Source: a virus (lineage: Duplodnaviria; Caudoviricetes). From it: a DNA stretch of 64,000 nt. A program made the position numbers and the translations under genes. The stretch lies in the IMG/VR virus record IMGVR_UViG_3300044645_001661; one strand, given 5' to 3'. Positions within the stretch are counted from its first letter, which is position 1, and every line of letters starts with the position of its first letter. This document shows, one piece after another, positions 54,735 through 64,000 of this stretch. The notes below the pieces were generated by a model. It was not told where the DNA came from. It did no database searches and saw only the letters and a program-made list of their open reading frames with translations.

Positions 54735-55547
54735 ATGGTAGAAGTATCTCACTTAGAATGGCACATAACACATTCATGTAATTTTATGTGTCAGGGGTGT
54801 GGACATTTTACTAACGATGGGTATAATGAACATATATCAATTAATGACCTAAAAGAATGGTATTCTCTTTGGAAAGATAAAATAAAACCCAAAGAATTAT
54901 CAATACTTGGTGGAGAACCTTTATTGCATAAAGATTTAATTGATATAATCTACATGACAAAAGAGGAGTGGAATATTCAAGAAGATCAATATTATGAGAT
55001 AGTTACTAATGGTGTTTTAATTGATAGGCATCCAGAATTACCAAAAGCTTTGTATGATACCAATTGTGTACTGACAATATCGATGCATTCTTATGATAAA
55101 GAATATCTAAAAGTATTTTTAAAATCTTTATCTAAAATAAATGAATGGATTGAATTGTATGGTATTAATGTAGTATTAAATGATTCTGCTAATCATTGGA
55201 TAAAAACTTATCATGGTAATGGTAAAAATATACTTCCATTTGAAGATAATGATCCACAAATGAGTTGGAATAGATGCCCTTCGGGACAACAAAATTTTCA
55301 ACTATATGCTGGGGAAATATATAAATGTTCACCACTTGCATATCTACAACTTAAAAAAAGAAAATATAAAGATCAACTGTCACCAAAATGGAATCCATAT
55401 TTAAAATATATCCCATTATCTTCAAATTCTACAGAAAAAGAAATATATGAATTTTTTAATAGAGGTTCGGAATCTGTGTGTGGAATGTGCCCCAAAAATC
55501 CACAAAAATTTATAAAAACAAATCCATTAAAAAGACCTATTGACTAA
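54735..55547 (+). CDS. Radical SAM protein
   Basis: CNFMCQGC (CxxxCxxC), LGGEPLLH, C-terminal Cys cluster (CPSG, YKC, CGMCP). Confidence 0.88.
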   Translation: MVEVSHLEWHITHSCNFMCQGCGHFTNDGYNEHISINDLKEWYSLWKDKIKPKELSILGGEPLLHKDLIDIIYMTKEEWNIQEDQYYEIVTNGVLIDRHPELPKALYDTNCVLTISMHSYDKEYLKVFLKSLSKINEWIELYGINVVLNDSANHWIKTYHGNGKNILPFEDNDPQMSWNRCPSGQQNFQLYAGEIYKCSPLAYLQLKKRKYKDQLSPKWNPYLKYIPLSSNSTEKEIYEFFNRGSESVCGMCPKNPQKFIKTNPLKRPID

Positions 55548-55592
55548 ATTTTATTCCAGTGATAGATTATAATTCGTATTGTATTTTGTTAC

Positions 55593-56594
55593 ATGAAAGT
55601 AGCCCTTATTACTGGAATAACAGGACAAGATGGGTCTTATCTTGCAGAACTACTTCTATCTAAAGGATATGAAGTTCATGGAATCGTTCGTAGAAGTTCA
55701 TTAATTAACACGCATAGAATTGATCATATTTTTGATAGAATTAAATTGCATTATGGTGATTTAACTGATAGTGCTAATATCGTTAAAGTTATTCAGACAG
55801 TTCAACCAGATGAAATTTATAATCTGGGGGCTCAAAGTCATGTAAAAGTATCTTTTGAACTTCCAGAATATACTGCAATGGTTGATGGTCTTGGAACCCT
55901 TAGAGTTCTTGAAGCAGTGAGAATTCTTGGAATGGAAGAAAAAACAAGAATTTATCAAGCATCAACATCTGAATTATACGGTCTTGTTCAGGAAGTACCT
56001 CAAAAAGAAACAACCCCTTTTTATCCTCGTTCACCTTATGGAGTCGCTAAACTTTATGGATACTGGATTATTAAAAACTACAGAGAATCGTATGGATTAC
56101 ACGCAAGTTCTGGAATTCTTTTCAATCATGAATCCCCTCGCAGAGGAGAAACTTTTGTCACAAGAAAAATCACTCGCGGATTATCACGCATTTCAACTGG
56201 GGAACAGGACGTATTATATCTCGGAAATTTGAATGCAAAACGTGATTGGGGACATGCAAAAGATTTTGTTGAAGCAATGTGGTTAATGCTTCAACAAGAT
56301 GAACCTGATGATTATGTGATTGCTACTGGAGAACAGTATTCGGTTAAAGCATTTGTTGAAACCGCAGCACCTTATTTTGGGATGAAAATTGCTTGGGAAG
56401 GTGAAGGTCTAAACGAAGTTGGTATCGATAAACTTACTAAAAAAGTAATAGTTAAAGTCGATCCAAAATATTTCCGACCTGCTGAAGTTGAATCTTTATT
56501 GGGAGATCCAACAAAAGCAAAACAAAAGTTGGGATGGGAACCAAAAATTACATTTGAACAATTAGTAGAGGACATGTGTGTTTATGGACAGTAA
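55593..56594 (+). CDS. gmd: GDP-mannose 4,6-dehydratase
   Basis: [35 protein letters not shown]. Confidence 0.97.
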   Translation: MKVALITGITGQDGSYLAELLLSKGYEVHGIVRRSSLINTHRIDHIFDRIKLHYGDLTDSANIVKVIQTVQPDEIYNLGAQSHVKVSFELPEYTAMVDGLGTLRVLEAVRILGMEEKTRIYQASTSELYGLVQEVPQKETTPFYPRSPYGVAKLYGYWIIKNYRESYGLHASSGILFNHESPRRGETFVTRKITRGLSRISTGEQDVLYLGNLNAKRDWGHAKDFVEAMWLMLQQDEPDDYVIATGEQYSVKAFVETAAPYFGMKIAWEGEGLNEVGIDKLTKKVIVKVDPKYFRPAEVESLLGDPTKAKQKLGWEPKITFEQLVEDMCVYGQ

Positions 56595-57513
56595 TTCTAA
56601 AATCTTTGTTGCAGGTCATAATGGATTAGTTGGATCTGCAATTGTAAGAAATTTAAAATTAAAAGGATACAGTAATATTATTACTGCTGATAAAAAAAAT
56701 TTAGATCTTACTGATCAATCTCAAGTTAATTTATTTTTTATTGACAATAAACCAGAATACGTATTTCTTGCCGCTGCAAAGGTTGGAGGAATTGTTGCTA
56801 ATAGAGATTATCCAGCAGATTTTATCCGAGATAATCTTTTAATTCAAGCAAATGTAATTGATTTTTCTTACCGATGTGGGGTAAAAAAATTAGTCTTTTT
56901 GGGATCATCGTGCATATATCCCAAGCATCCAGTTATCCCTATTACTGAAGATCAACTTCTTACTGGTCCGTTAGAACCTACAAATGATGCCTATGCAATT
57001 GCAAAAATTGCGGGAATTAAAATGTGTCAAGCATATCGTCAACAATATGGATTTAATGCAATTTCTTTAATGCCTACTAATTTGTATGGTCCTAATGACA
57101 ATTTTAATCCAGAAACAAGTCATGTTATTCCAGGTATAATGGGTAGGGTTCATCAAGCAAAAATTAATAATGATCCTTTTATAGAATGCTGGGGTGATGG
57201 ATCTGCATTGAGAGAATTTTTGTTTATTGATGATTTTGCAGAAGCATGTTATACTTGCATGATTAAATATAATAGTCCCGAAATTATTAATGTTGGTAGT
57301 GGTAAAGATATTACAATTAAACAACTAACAGAATTAATTTGTAATGTTTTAGAATATAATGGCGAAATTAGATGGGATATATCTAAACCAAATGGAACTC
57401 CAAGAAAAGTGATGAATGTTGATAAAATAAAATCACTTGGATGGGATACTAAAATTGGAATTAGACAAGGATTATATGAAACATACGAGTGGTTTAAAAA
57501 CAAATGTCAATGA
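56578..57513 (+). CDS. fcl: GDP-L-fucose synthase
   Basis: [40 protein letters not shown]. Confidence 0.96.
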   Translation: MFMDSNSKIFVAGHNGLVGSAIVRNLKLKGYSNIITADKKNLDLTDQSQVNLFFIDNKPEYVFLAAAKVGGIVANRDYPADFIRDNLLIQANVIDFSYRCGVKKLVFLGSSCIYPKHPVIPITEDQLLTGPLEPTNDAYAIAKIAGIKMCQAYRQQYGFNAISLMPTNLYGPNDNFNPETSHVIPGIMGRVHQAKINNDPFIECWGDGSALREFLFIDDFAEACYTCMIKYNSPEIINVGSGKDITIKQLTELICNVLEYNGEIRWDISKPNGTPRKVMNVDKIKSLGWDTKIGIRQGLYETYEWFKNKCQ

Positions 57514-58301
57514 TTGGATTTAACTCTTTAGGAAAACTGGGTAGACTTGGAAATCAAATGTTCCAACTTGCATCATTAAAAGGAATTGCAAGAAAAAATA
57601 ATTATAATTATTGTCTTCCACCATCTACAAATAATAATGAATGGGAAGATCATCAACTATTTTTACCTTTCAAACTTCATAATGTAATGTTATTGAATAT
57701 TCAATATTTGGATGGTAGGAGGCCTACTATTGTAGAAGAAGATTTTACCTTTAATGAAGAATTATATGAAAATTGCCCTAAATGGGTAAACATTCAGGGA
57801 TATTTACAATCTGAAAAATATTTTAAAGATATTGAAAATGAGATCAGAGAAGATTTTGAATTTCATGATCATATCTTTAATCCTGCAAAAGAAATGATAG
57901 AGACTATTGATGAACCAATTTCTCTTCATGTTAGGAGAACTGATTATCTCACCTTGAGTCATAATCACAATAATTTAAATCTTGATTATTATGAAAATGC
58001 ATTAGATAATTTTGATAAAGATAGGAATGTAATTATTTTTTCTGATGATCCAAAGTGGTGTAAAGAACAAAAGTTATTTGAAGATGATAGATTTTTGGTA
58101 TCTGAAAATAATAGTAATTATACTGATCTTTGCTTAATGTCTTTATGTAAAGAGCATATTATTGCAAATTCCTCATTCTCGTGGTGGGGAGCATGGTTGG
58201 CAAAAAGTAAAAAAGTTATTGCACCTAAAAAATGGTTTGGTCCTGATAATCAACACCTAGATACTAAAGATCTTTATTGTACCGATTGGATTGTAATTTG
58301 A
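57504..58301 (+). CDS. GT11 alpha-1,2-fucosyltransferase
   Basis: GRLGNQMFQ, GYLQSEKYF, HVRRTDY, IIANSSFSWWGAWL. Confidence 0.93.
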   Translation: MSMIGFNSLGKLGRLGNQMFQLASLKGIARKNNYNYCLPPSTNNNEWEDHQLFLPFKLHNVMLLNIQYLDGRRPTIVEEDFTFNEELYENCPKWVNIQGYLQSEKYFKDIENEIREDFEFHDHIFNPAKEMIETIDEPISLHVRRTDYLTLSHNHNNLNLDYYENALDNFDKDRNVIIFSDDPKWCKEQKLFEDDRFLVSENNSNYTDLCLMSLCKEHIIANSSFSWWGAWLAKSKKVIAPKKWFGPDNQHLDTKDLYCTDWIVI

Positions 58302-59020
58302 TGAAAGTCGCTGTTATTTTTATTGGAACTGAAAAATATTTAAATTTTCTTCCTTCTTGGTATCAAAGTTGTGAAGAGTTTTTACTACCAGATGTTGAAA
58401 AAAAGTATATAATTTTCACAGACGGTGAGGTTCCTGAATCGCCAGATAATGCTATCGTATATCATCAAGAACATTTAGAATGGCCTTATATTACACTGTA
58501 TCGTTTTAAAATGATTCAGAAGTGTTTTAAAGATATTCAAGATTGTGATTGGTTGCTATTTTTAGATGCTGATATGCGAGTCGTGGATACTGTTAATCCA
58601 GAAGATTTATTTGATGAATCTAAAAAATATATTGGAGTCCATCATCCATGTCATTATTTGAATATGCCCCCACATGATGAACTCCCTGGAGCATTTGATG
58701 TTACTCCTTTGTCTAATGCATGTGTTTCCGAATCTGATGATCTATCAGTTTATTTTCAGGGATGTTTATGGGGTGGTAAACTCCCACATGTTTTTGATAT
58801 GATTCAAGAACTTGATTGTAAAACAACAGAAGATGAGAAAAATAATATTATTGCTACTTGGCACGATGAAAGTCATTTAAATAAATTTTATATCGAACAT
58901 CGTGATGAGGTATTTGTTGCATCACCGAGTCTTGCTTATCCTGAGGTATTTGCTAAAGCATGTACCTTTGAACCAAAAATTGTCCATCTAGCAAAAGATA
59001 ATAGTAAATATCATGTCTAA
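58301..59020 (+). CDS. GT6 (ABO-like alpha-1,3-Gal/GalNAc) glycosyltransferase
   Basis: FIGTEKY, WPYITLYRF, FLDADM, WHDESHLNK. Confidence 0.88.
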   Translation: MKVAVIFIGTEKYLNFLPSWYQSCEEFLLPDVEKKYIIFTDGEVPESPDNAIVYHQEHLEWPYITLYRFKMIQKCFKDIQDCDWLLFLDADMRVVDTVNPEDLFDESKKYIGVHHPCHYLNMPPHDELPGAFDVTPLSNACVSESDDLSVYFQGCLWGGKLPHVFDMIQELDCKTTEDEKNNIIATWHDESHLNKFYIEHRDEVFVASPSLAYPEVFAKACTFEPKIVHLAKDNSKYHV

Positions 59021-59717
59021 AATTGCACTGTTATATTCAGGTCAACCAAGGCACCTGAAAGAATGTTATGAGAATCATCGTCAGACTTTTTGGGATGCAA
59101 ATCCCGATTGTGAGATTGATGTGTTTGCTCATATTTGGTATGATGAAGCATGGGTTGGAACTTATTTTTGGGATCAATATAAAGATCGTGGACGTTGGGA
59201 AGCAGATCTTAAAGAGTTCATGATTGATAAATGGCAACCTAAAGGACTTGTCTTTGAAGAACCAAAAGAATTTGAAGCAGAAGATATTCATCCAGATCCT
59301 AGATTTCCTCACCCAGTTAATAACATCATCTCAATGTTTTATAGTTTGAGTGAAGCAAATAACCTCAAGAAAAAATATGAGGAAGAAAATAACTTCAAAT
59401 ATGATTGTGTTATTCGTCTAAGAACTGATGAATATTTTAATACTTCTATCGGTCCTATTTCAAATTATGATTTAAATACCGTGAATATACTCAATGAGTG
59501 GGCACATGTTGATCATGGTATTAACGATCATTTTGCATTTGGATCATCTGAATTGATGGATAAATATCTTGACGTATTTGACAATTTTGTTAAAATATGT
59601 GAAATGGGTGCGGAAATTAATCCAGAATGCCTTATTGGGTTTAATGCACAAAAAAGGCATAATCTTCCCATCAATAAAAATAACTGGAACTATGTACTTT
59701 GGAGAGACAAAAAATAA
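59013..59717 (+). CDS. Uncharacterised glycosyltransferase-like protein, paralog A
   Basis: KIALLYSGQPR, SMFYS, YDCVIRLRTD, NDHFAFG. Confidence 0.55.
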   Translation: MSKIALLYSGQPRHLKECYENHRQTFWDANPDCEIDVFAHIWYDEAWVGTYFWDQYKDRGRWEADLKEFMIDKWQPKGLVFEEPKEFEAEDIHPDPRFPHPVNNIISMFYSLSEANNLKKKYEEENNFKYDCVIRLRTDEYFNTSIGPISNYDLNTVNILNEWAHVDHGINDHFAFGSSELMDKYLDVFDNFVKICEMGAEINPECLIGFNAQKRHNLPINKNNWNYVLWRDKK

Positions 59718-61093
59718 TGACAACCAAACTCGTTATCTTTGATTTGGATGGAGTCCTAATCGACAGCAAAGATTATCACTATGAAGCATTAAATCAGGCA
59801 CTTGGGGAAGAGTATGCTATTAGTAGAGAAGAACATGTCAGCATTTACGACGGTCTTCCCACCAAAGCAAAACTAGAACTTTTAACTAGAAATAAAGGTC
59901 TTCCTGTAGACCTTTATGATAAGATTTGGAGAGATAAGCAAGAGGCAACACTGAAGATTTTTAATGATTGTGTTGCAAAAGATTATGAGTTGATGGGATA
60001 CTTCCAACAACTTGTAGATGCAGGATATAAGATTGCTGTTGCATCTAACAGTATTCGGAATACTGTAAAGATTATTCTCTTGCGTCTTGGTCTTCTGGAA
60101 TTTGTGGATATGTACGTCTCTAATGAAGACGTTGTTCGCAACAAACCTTTTCCTGCAATGTATTGGAAGTGCATGACTGCTCTTGGAGCACTTCCTGCAG
60201 ATACTGTTATTGTTGAAGATAGTCATATTGGTCGTCAAGGTGCTCTTGATAGCAAAGCACATCTTGTTCCTGTAGAAGATCGCAAAGATCTTAATCAGGT
60301 AAAAATTGATCGTATTAAAAAAATTCTGAATGGTACAAAACAAAAAGTGGCATGGGAGAGCAAAACAATGAACGTTCTTATTCCTATGGCAGGTGCTGGT
60401 AGCAGATTTGCTAGTCAGGGTTACACCTTCCCTAAACCTTTGATTGAAGTTAAAGGTAAACCAATGATTCAAGTGGTTGTTGAGAACCTTAACATCAAAG
60501 CAAACTATACCTTTATTGTTCAAAAAGAACATTATGAAAAGTATAATCTGAATTATCTACTTCCTTTGATTGCTCCTGGATGCAATATTGTTCAAGTTGA
60601 TGGATTAACAGAAGGTGCTTGCTGCACTACTCTTCTTGCTAAAGAATTTATTGATAATGATGAACCTCTTGTGATGGCAAACTCTGATCAGTTTGTCGAA
60701 TGGGATAGCAACGAAACTCTCTATGCATTCCAAAATGGTGAAGTTGATGGTGGTATCGTAACCTTCCCTGCAACCCATCCCAAGTGGTCTTATGCTAAAC
60801 TTGGTGAAGAAGGTTATGTTGAGGAAGTTGCTGAGAAGAAACCAATCTCTGAACATGCCACTGTTGGCATCTACTATTGGAAGAAAGGTTCTGACTATGT
60901 TAAGTATGCAGAACAAATGATTGCTAAAGATATTCGTGTTAATAATGAATATTATGTTTGTCCAGTATTTAATGAAGCGATTGGTGATGGTAAAAAAATC
61001 CGCATCAAAGAAATCGATAAGTCTGGTATGTGGGGTATTGGTACTCCAGAAGATCTGAACTACTTCCTTGAACATTATAAAGGAGAAGTCTGA
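59717..61093 (+). CDS. HAD phosphatase / sugar nucleotidyltransferase fusion
   Basis: FDLDGVLID, KPFP, EDSHIG; then IPMAGAGSRF, PKPLI, ANSDQ, EKKPIS. Confidence 0.85.
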   Translation: MTTKLVIFDLDGVLIDSKDYHYEALNQALGEEYAISREEHVSIYDGLPTKAKLELLTRNKGLPVDLYDKIWRDKQEATLKIFNDCVAKDYELMGYFQQLVDAGYKIAVASNSIRNTVKIILLRLGLLEFVDMYVSNEDVVRNKPFPAMYWKCMTALGALPADTVIVEDSHIGRQGALDSKAHLVPVEDRKDLNQVKIDRIKKILNGTKQKVAWESKTMNVLIPMAGAGSRFASQGYTFPKPLIEVKGKPMIQVVVENLNIKANYTFIVQKEHYEKYNLNYLLPLIAPGCNIVQVDGLTEGACCTTLLAKEFIDNDEPLVMANSDQFVEWDSNETLYAFQNGEVDGGIVTFPATHPKWSYAKLGEEGYVEEVAEKKPISEHATVGIYYWKKGSDYVKYAEQMIAKDIRVNNEYYVCPVFNEAIGDGKKIRIKEIDKSGMWGIGTPEDLNYFLEHYKGEV

Positions 61094-61818
61094 TGAAAGT
61101 AGCACTTGCATTTTTTGGACAACCTAGATTTGTTGACAACCAACAAATTATTGATACTTACAAAGAAGTAATTCTTGACCGATATGATACTGATGTATTT
61201 GGTCATATGTGGTGGCAAGAAGATGGTGGCGAATATGATTATTCTTCTTGGTCTAGAATAAATAAATGTCCGATTTCTGAAGACGCCCCAGAAATTGTTA
61301 CTAATAATTATTCTCCTTTAATTTTAGGTATTGAAGATCCAAAAACTTTTGAATTGCCACCTAAAGCTAAAAAGTTTATAGATGAAAAGTTTACAGGTAA
61401 ACATCCAGATGGAAATCATTGGAATCCTAAAAACTATAGTAATGTAATGTCGCAATTGTATTCTATTAAATCCGTTGCAGAAATTATTAAATCATATTCC
61501 GAAGAAACAAATACTAGTTATGATTTTATTGTTTTAGCACGATATGATACCGTACTAATGAGATTTCCTGATCTTAACGCCTGCGACAAATATAAATTCT
61601 ATCTACCAGGGCATCATCCTAGATTCCCAGATACGATTCAATTTTTTGGACCAAAATATCTTACTTGGGCACTTAATGCATTTGATGATATTGAAGATGT
61701 TTATGAAGACATTTGGGAACCATCTCCAGAAGCATTTAAAATGGGATCATTTTTAAAATGGTTTGAACATTCTGACCTTGCCCCTTGTTCTATGGACGCT
61801 GCTTGTATTAGAGGTTAA
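61093..61818 (+). CDS. Uncharacterised glycosyltransferase-like protein, paralog B
   Basis: KVALAFFGQPR, SQLYS, YDFIVLARYD. Confidence 0.5.
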   Translation: MKVALAFFGQPRFVDNQQIIDTYKEVILDRYDTDVFGHMWWQEDGGEYDYSSWSRINKCPISEDAPEIVTNNYSPLILGIEDPKTFELPPKAKKFIDEKFTGKHPDGNHWNPKNYSNVMSQLYSIKSVAEIIKSYSEETNTSYDFIVLARYDTVLMRFPDLNACDKYKFYLPGHHPRFPDTIQFFGPKYLTWALNAFDDIEDVYEDIWEPSPEAFKMGSFLKWFEHSDLAPCSMDAACIRG

Positions 61819-61820
61819 TT

Positions 61821-62288
61821 ATGAAAATTATTGCACATAGAGGAAATATTGATGGTCCTAATCCTTTAACGGAAAACCATCCAGATACTATCGATAATGC
61901 TATATCAATTGGATTTGATGTTGAAATTGATATTAGATATGATACTTTTAATGATAAATTTTATCTAGGTCATGATGATCCACAATATGTTGTTACACCT
62001 TATTGGTTAGCTGAACGTATGGAAAAACTGTGGATTCATTGTAAAAACATTGAAGCACTTTATTATTTTGTTCATAAAACAGGTGGATATAATTATTTTT
62101 GGCATCAAACTGATAATTATACATTAACTAGTAAAAATTATATTTGGACATATCCTGGACAAACTTATACTCCATCTAGTATAATTGTTATGCCAGAAAA
62201 TTATATTAACCGAGACGAATTAAATAACTTGATTGCTTATGATTGTTATGGTGTTTGTACAGATTATCCTCAAAAAATAAAAAAATGA
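61821..62288 (+). CDS. Short glycerophosphodiester phosphodiesterase-like protein
   Basis: IIAHRGN, GFDVEIDIR, LGHD, GVCTDY. Confidence 0.7.
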   Translation: MKIIAHRGNIDGPNPLTENHPDTIDNAISIGFDVEIDIRYDTFNDKFYLGHDDPQYVVTPYWLAERMEKLWIHCKNIEALYYFVHKTGGYNYFWHQTDNYTLTSKNYIWTYPGQTYTPSSIIVMPENYINRDELNNLIAYDCYGVCTDYPQKIKK

Positions 62289-63235
62289 AAATTACATTAG
62301 TTGGACCAGGCATTATGCCTATTCCCCCTACTGGGTGGGGTGCAGTAGAAATATTAATTTGGGATACTAAACTTGCCCTAGAAGAATTGGGGCATGAAGT
62401 TCAAATTGTAAATACTAAAGATTATAGACAACTTATTAATGAAATAAATGCATTTGTACCAGATTTTGTACATGTGCATTATGATGAATTTATTGATCTT
62501 TGTCCGTATATTCAATATCCATCTGCAATTACAAGTCATTTCGGATATTTAGAAAGACCACAAATGTTTAATGGATACGCAAATGTTGCTAATCAATTTG
62601 CTTCTATTAAACCAAACATTTTTTGTTTATCGGAGGGGATCTCTAAAGTATATCAAATAATGTTTAATATACCAAAAGAGAATCTTTTTATTACTCCAAA
62701 TGGAGTTAATATTTCTCAATTTAAAGTTTCCGAATCGCCAAAATACCCAGATCGATCAATTTATCTTGCAAAAATTGACTATAGAAAGCGTCAACATTTA
62801 TTTCAATCTATCGATAGTCTTTGGTTTGCTGGAAATCTAGCAGATAGTAGATTTAATACCAATAAAAATTATTTGGGTGAATGGTCTAAAGAAACCTTAT
62901 ATGATGAACTTACGGATTATGGTAATCTCGTTCTTTTATCTGATGGTGAAGCACATCCATTAGTTTGTATGGAAGCACTTGCTGCAGGTCTTGGTGTGGT
63001 TGTATGTGAATGGGGTAAAGCAAATCTTGACCAATCCAAACCATTTATTACTATTATACCCGAAGATAAAATTGATGATTTGGAATATATTGAAGAAAAA
63101 ATTGTGAAAAATAGAGAATATTCAATTTCTCATCGAGAAGAAATTATAGAATATTCTAAAAACTTTGATTGGAAAGAAATTTTACAAAAATATTATATTC
63201 CTAGTATAATTGAAGTTATTGATAAGCATGGATAA
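62285..63235 (+). CDS. GT4-like (GT-B) glycosyltransferase
   Basis: IPPTGWGAVE, ITPNGV, EAHPLVCMEALAAGL; ATG at 62285. Confidence 0.8.
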   Translation: MKITLVGPGIMPIPPTGWGAVEILIWDTKLALEELGHEVQIVNTKDYRQLINEINAFVPDFVHVHYDEFIDLCPYIQYPSAITSHFGYLERPQMFNGYANVANQFASIKPNIFCLSEGISKVYQIMFNIPKENLFITPNGVNISQFKVSESPKYPDRSIYLAKIDYRKRQHLFQSIDSLWFAGNLADSRFNTNKNYLGEWSKETLYDELTDYGNLVLLSDGEAHPLVCMEALAAGLGVVVCEWGKANLDQSKPFITIIPEDKIDDLEYIEEKIVKNREYSISHREEIIEYSKNFDWKEILQKYYIPSIIEVIDKHG

Positions 63236-64000
63236 AAACAAATCAATGAGTAAGTTGAAAAACTTTGGACCAGTCTATTATTTAAATTTGGACGGTCAAC
63301 CAGAAAGAAAACAATTTATGGAAGATCAATTTTCTTATTGGGGAATTGATAATTATACTAGAATCTCTGCTTATGATGGTAGAGATGATGATTTAAGTGA
63401 CATTATTAAAGGGAGATATCCCGAAAATATGTCATCTGGTGAAGTTGGGTGTGTAACATCACATCTTAAAGCCATTGAATACTGGTATAATAATTCTGAT
63501 AGTCCTTATGCAATTATCATGGAAGATGATTGTAATATGGATATTGTTAGATTTTGGAATTTTACGTGGGAAGATTTTATTTCTAGAGTCCCTTATGATT
63601 GGGATGTTGTACAATTAGCAATTATTTGTACGGGAGATATCCACGTAAAAATACATAAAAGATTTGTAAATGAATTCTCTACTGCATGTTATGTGGTTAC
63701 TAGACATCATGCAGAAAAATTGATTCGTTTACATGGTAGAGGAGGTAAGTATAAATTGGATAATGGTGTAAAACCAAGACCAGTTGCCGATGATTTGTTG
63801 TATAATTCTGGTAATACTTATTCTGTTCCTTTATTATTATATAAACTTGAATTGGGATCTTCCATTCATCCAGATCATATTGATAATTTTCATAGAGCTA
63901 GTCATGATGGCATATTCAATTTTTGGTCTCAAGCAGGAGCTCAGTTGACAATTGATCAACTTACGGACTATGATCCATATCTGGGGAGAGTCACTGATCC
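63228..64000 (+). CDS. GT25 glycosyltransferase, copy 7 (canonical motifs; truncated by window end)
   Basis: Read manually: YYLNLDGQPER, GEVGCVTSH, IMEDD, VPYDWDVVQL; no stop before 64000. Confidence 0.85.
   Translation, partial: MDKNKSMSKLKNFGPVYYLNLDGQPERKQFMEDQFSYWGIDNYTRISAYDGRDDDLSDIIKGRYPENMSSGEVGCVTSHLKAIEYWYNNSDSPYAIIMEDDCNMDIVRFWNFTWEDFISRVPYDWDVVQLAIICTGDIHVKIHKRFVNEFSTACYVVTRHHAEKLIRLHGRGGKYKLDNGVKPRPVADDLLYNSGNTYSVPLLLYKLELGSSIHPDHIDNFHRASHDGIFNFWSQAGAQLTIDQLTDYDPYLGRVTD

Noticed and set aside
1-64000. CRISPR array, IS element, integrase or stop-codon recoding
   Set aside because: No regularly spaced direct repeats, no transposase or integrase ORF, no suppressor-anticodon tRNA, and genes read normally with the standard code.

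Overview
A 64-kb segment of a T4-like myovirus genome, most likely a cyanophage (gp23, cobS, mazG and hsp20 resemble cyanomyovirus homologues). All credible genes lie on the + strand. 1-24 kb is the conserved core: gp23, gp3, uvsY, uvsW, gp55, gp47/46, a vWA-peptidase plus cobS-like AAA ATPase, gp45/44/62, dam, regA, hsp20, gp43, uvsX, gp41. 24.0-34.3 kb is an AT-rich accessory island between gp41 and mazG: an oxygenase, a sulfotransferase, a short DegT-like aminotransferase, six tandem divergent GT25 glycosyltransferases, an amidinotransferase and a nucleotide-sugar dehydrogenase. 34-50 kb holds mazG, two tRNAs, late-promoter-driven Lys/Ala-rich proteins, primase, nrdA/nrdB and a lysozyme-like gene. 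50-55 kb holds nine more tRNAs mixed with several strongly structured non-coding elements. 55-64 kb is a second glycan locus (gmd, fcl, GT11, GT6, HAD-nucleotidyltransferase, GDPD-like, GT4-like, and a seventh GT25 cut by the window edge). The best candidates for something undescribed are the GT25-array/amidinotransferase island and the unannotated structured RNAs at about 49.3, 50.9 and 51.1-51.4 kb. All calls come from motif recognition and manual base-pairing; no searches were run.
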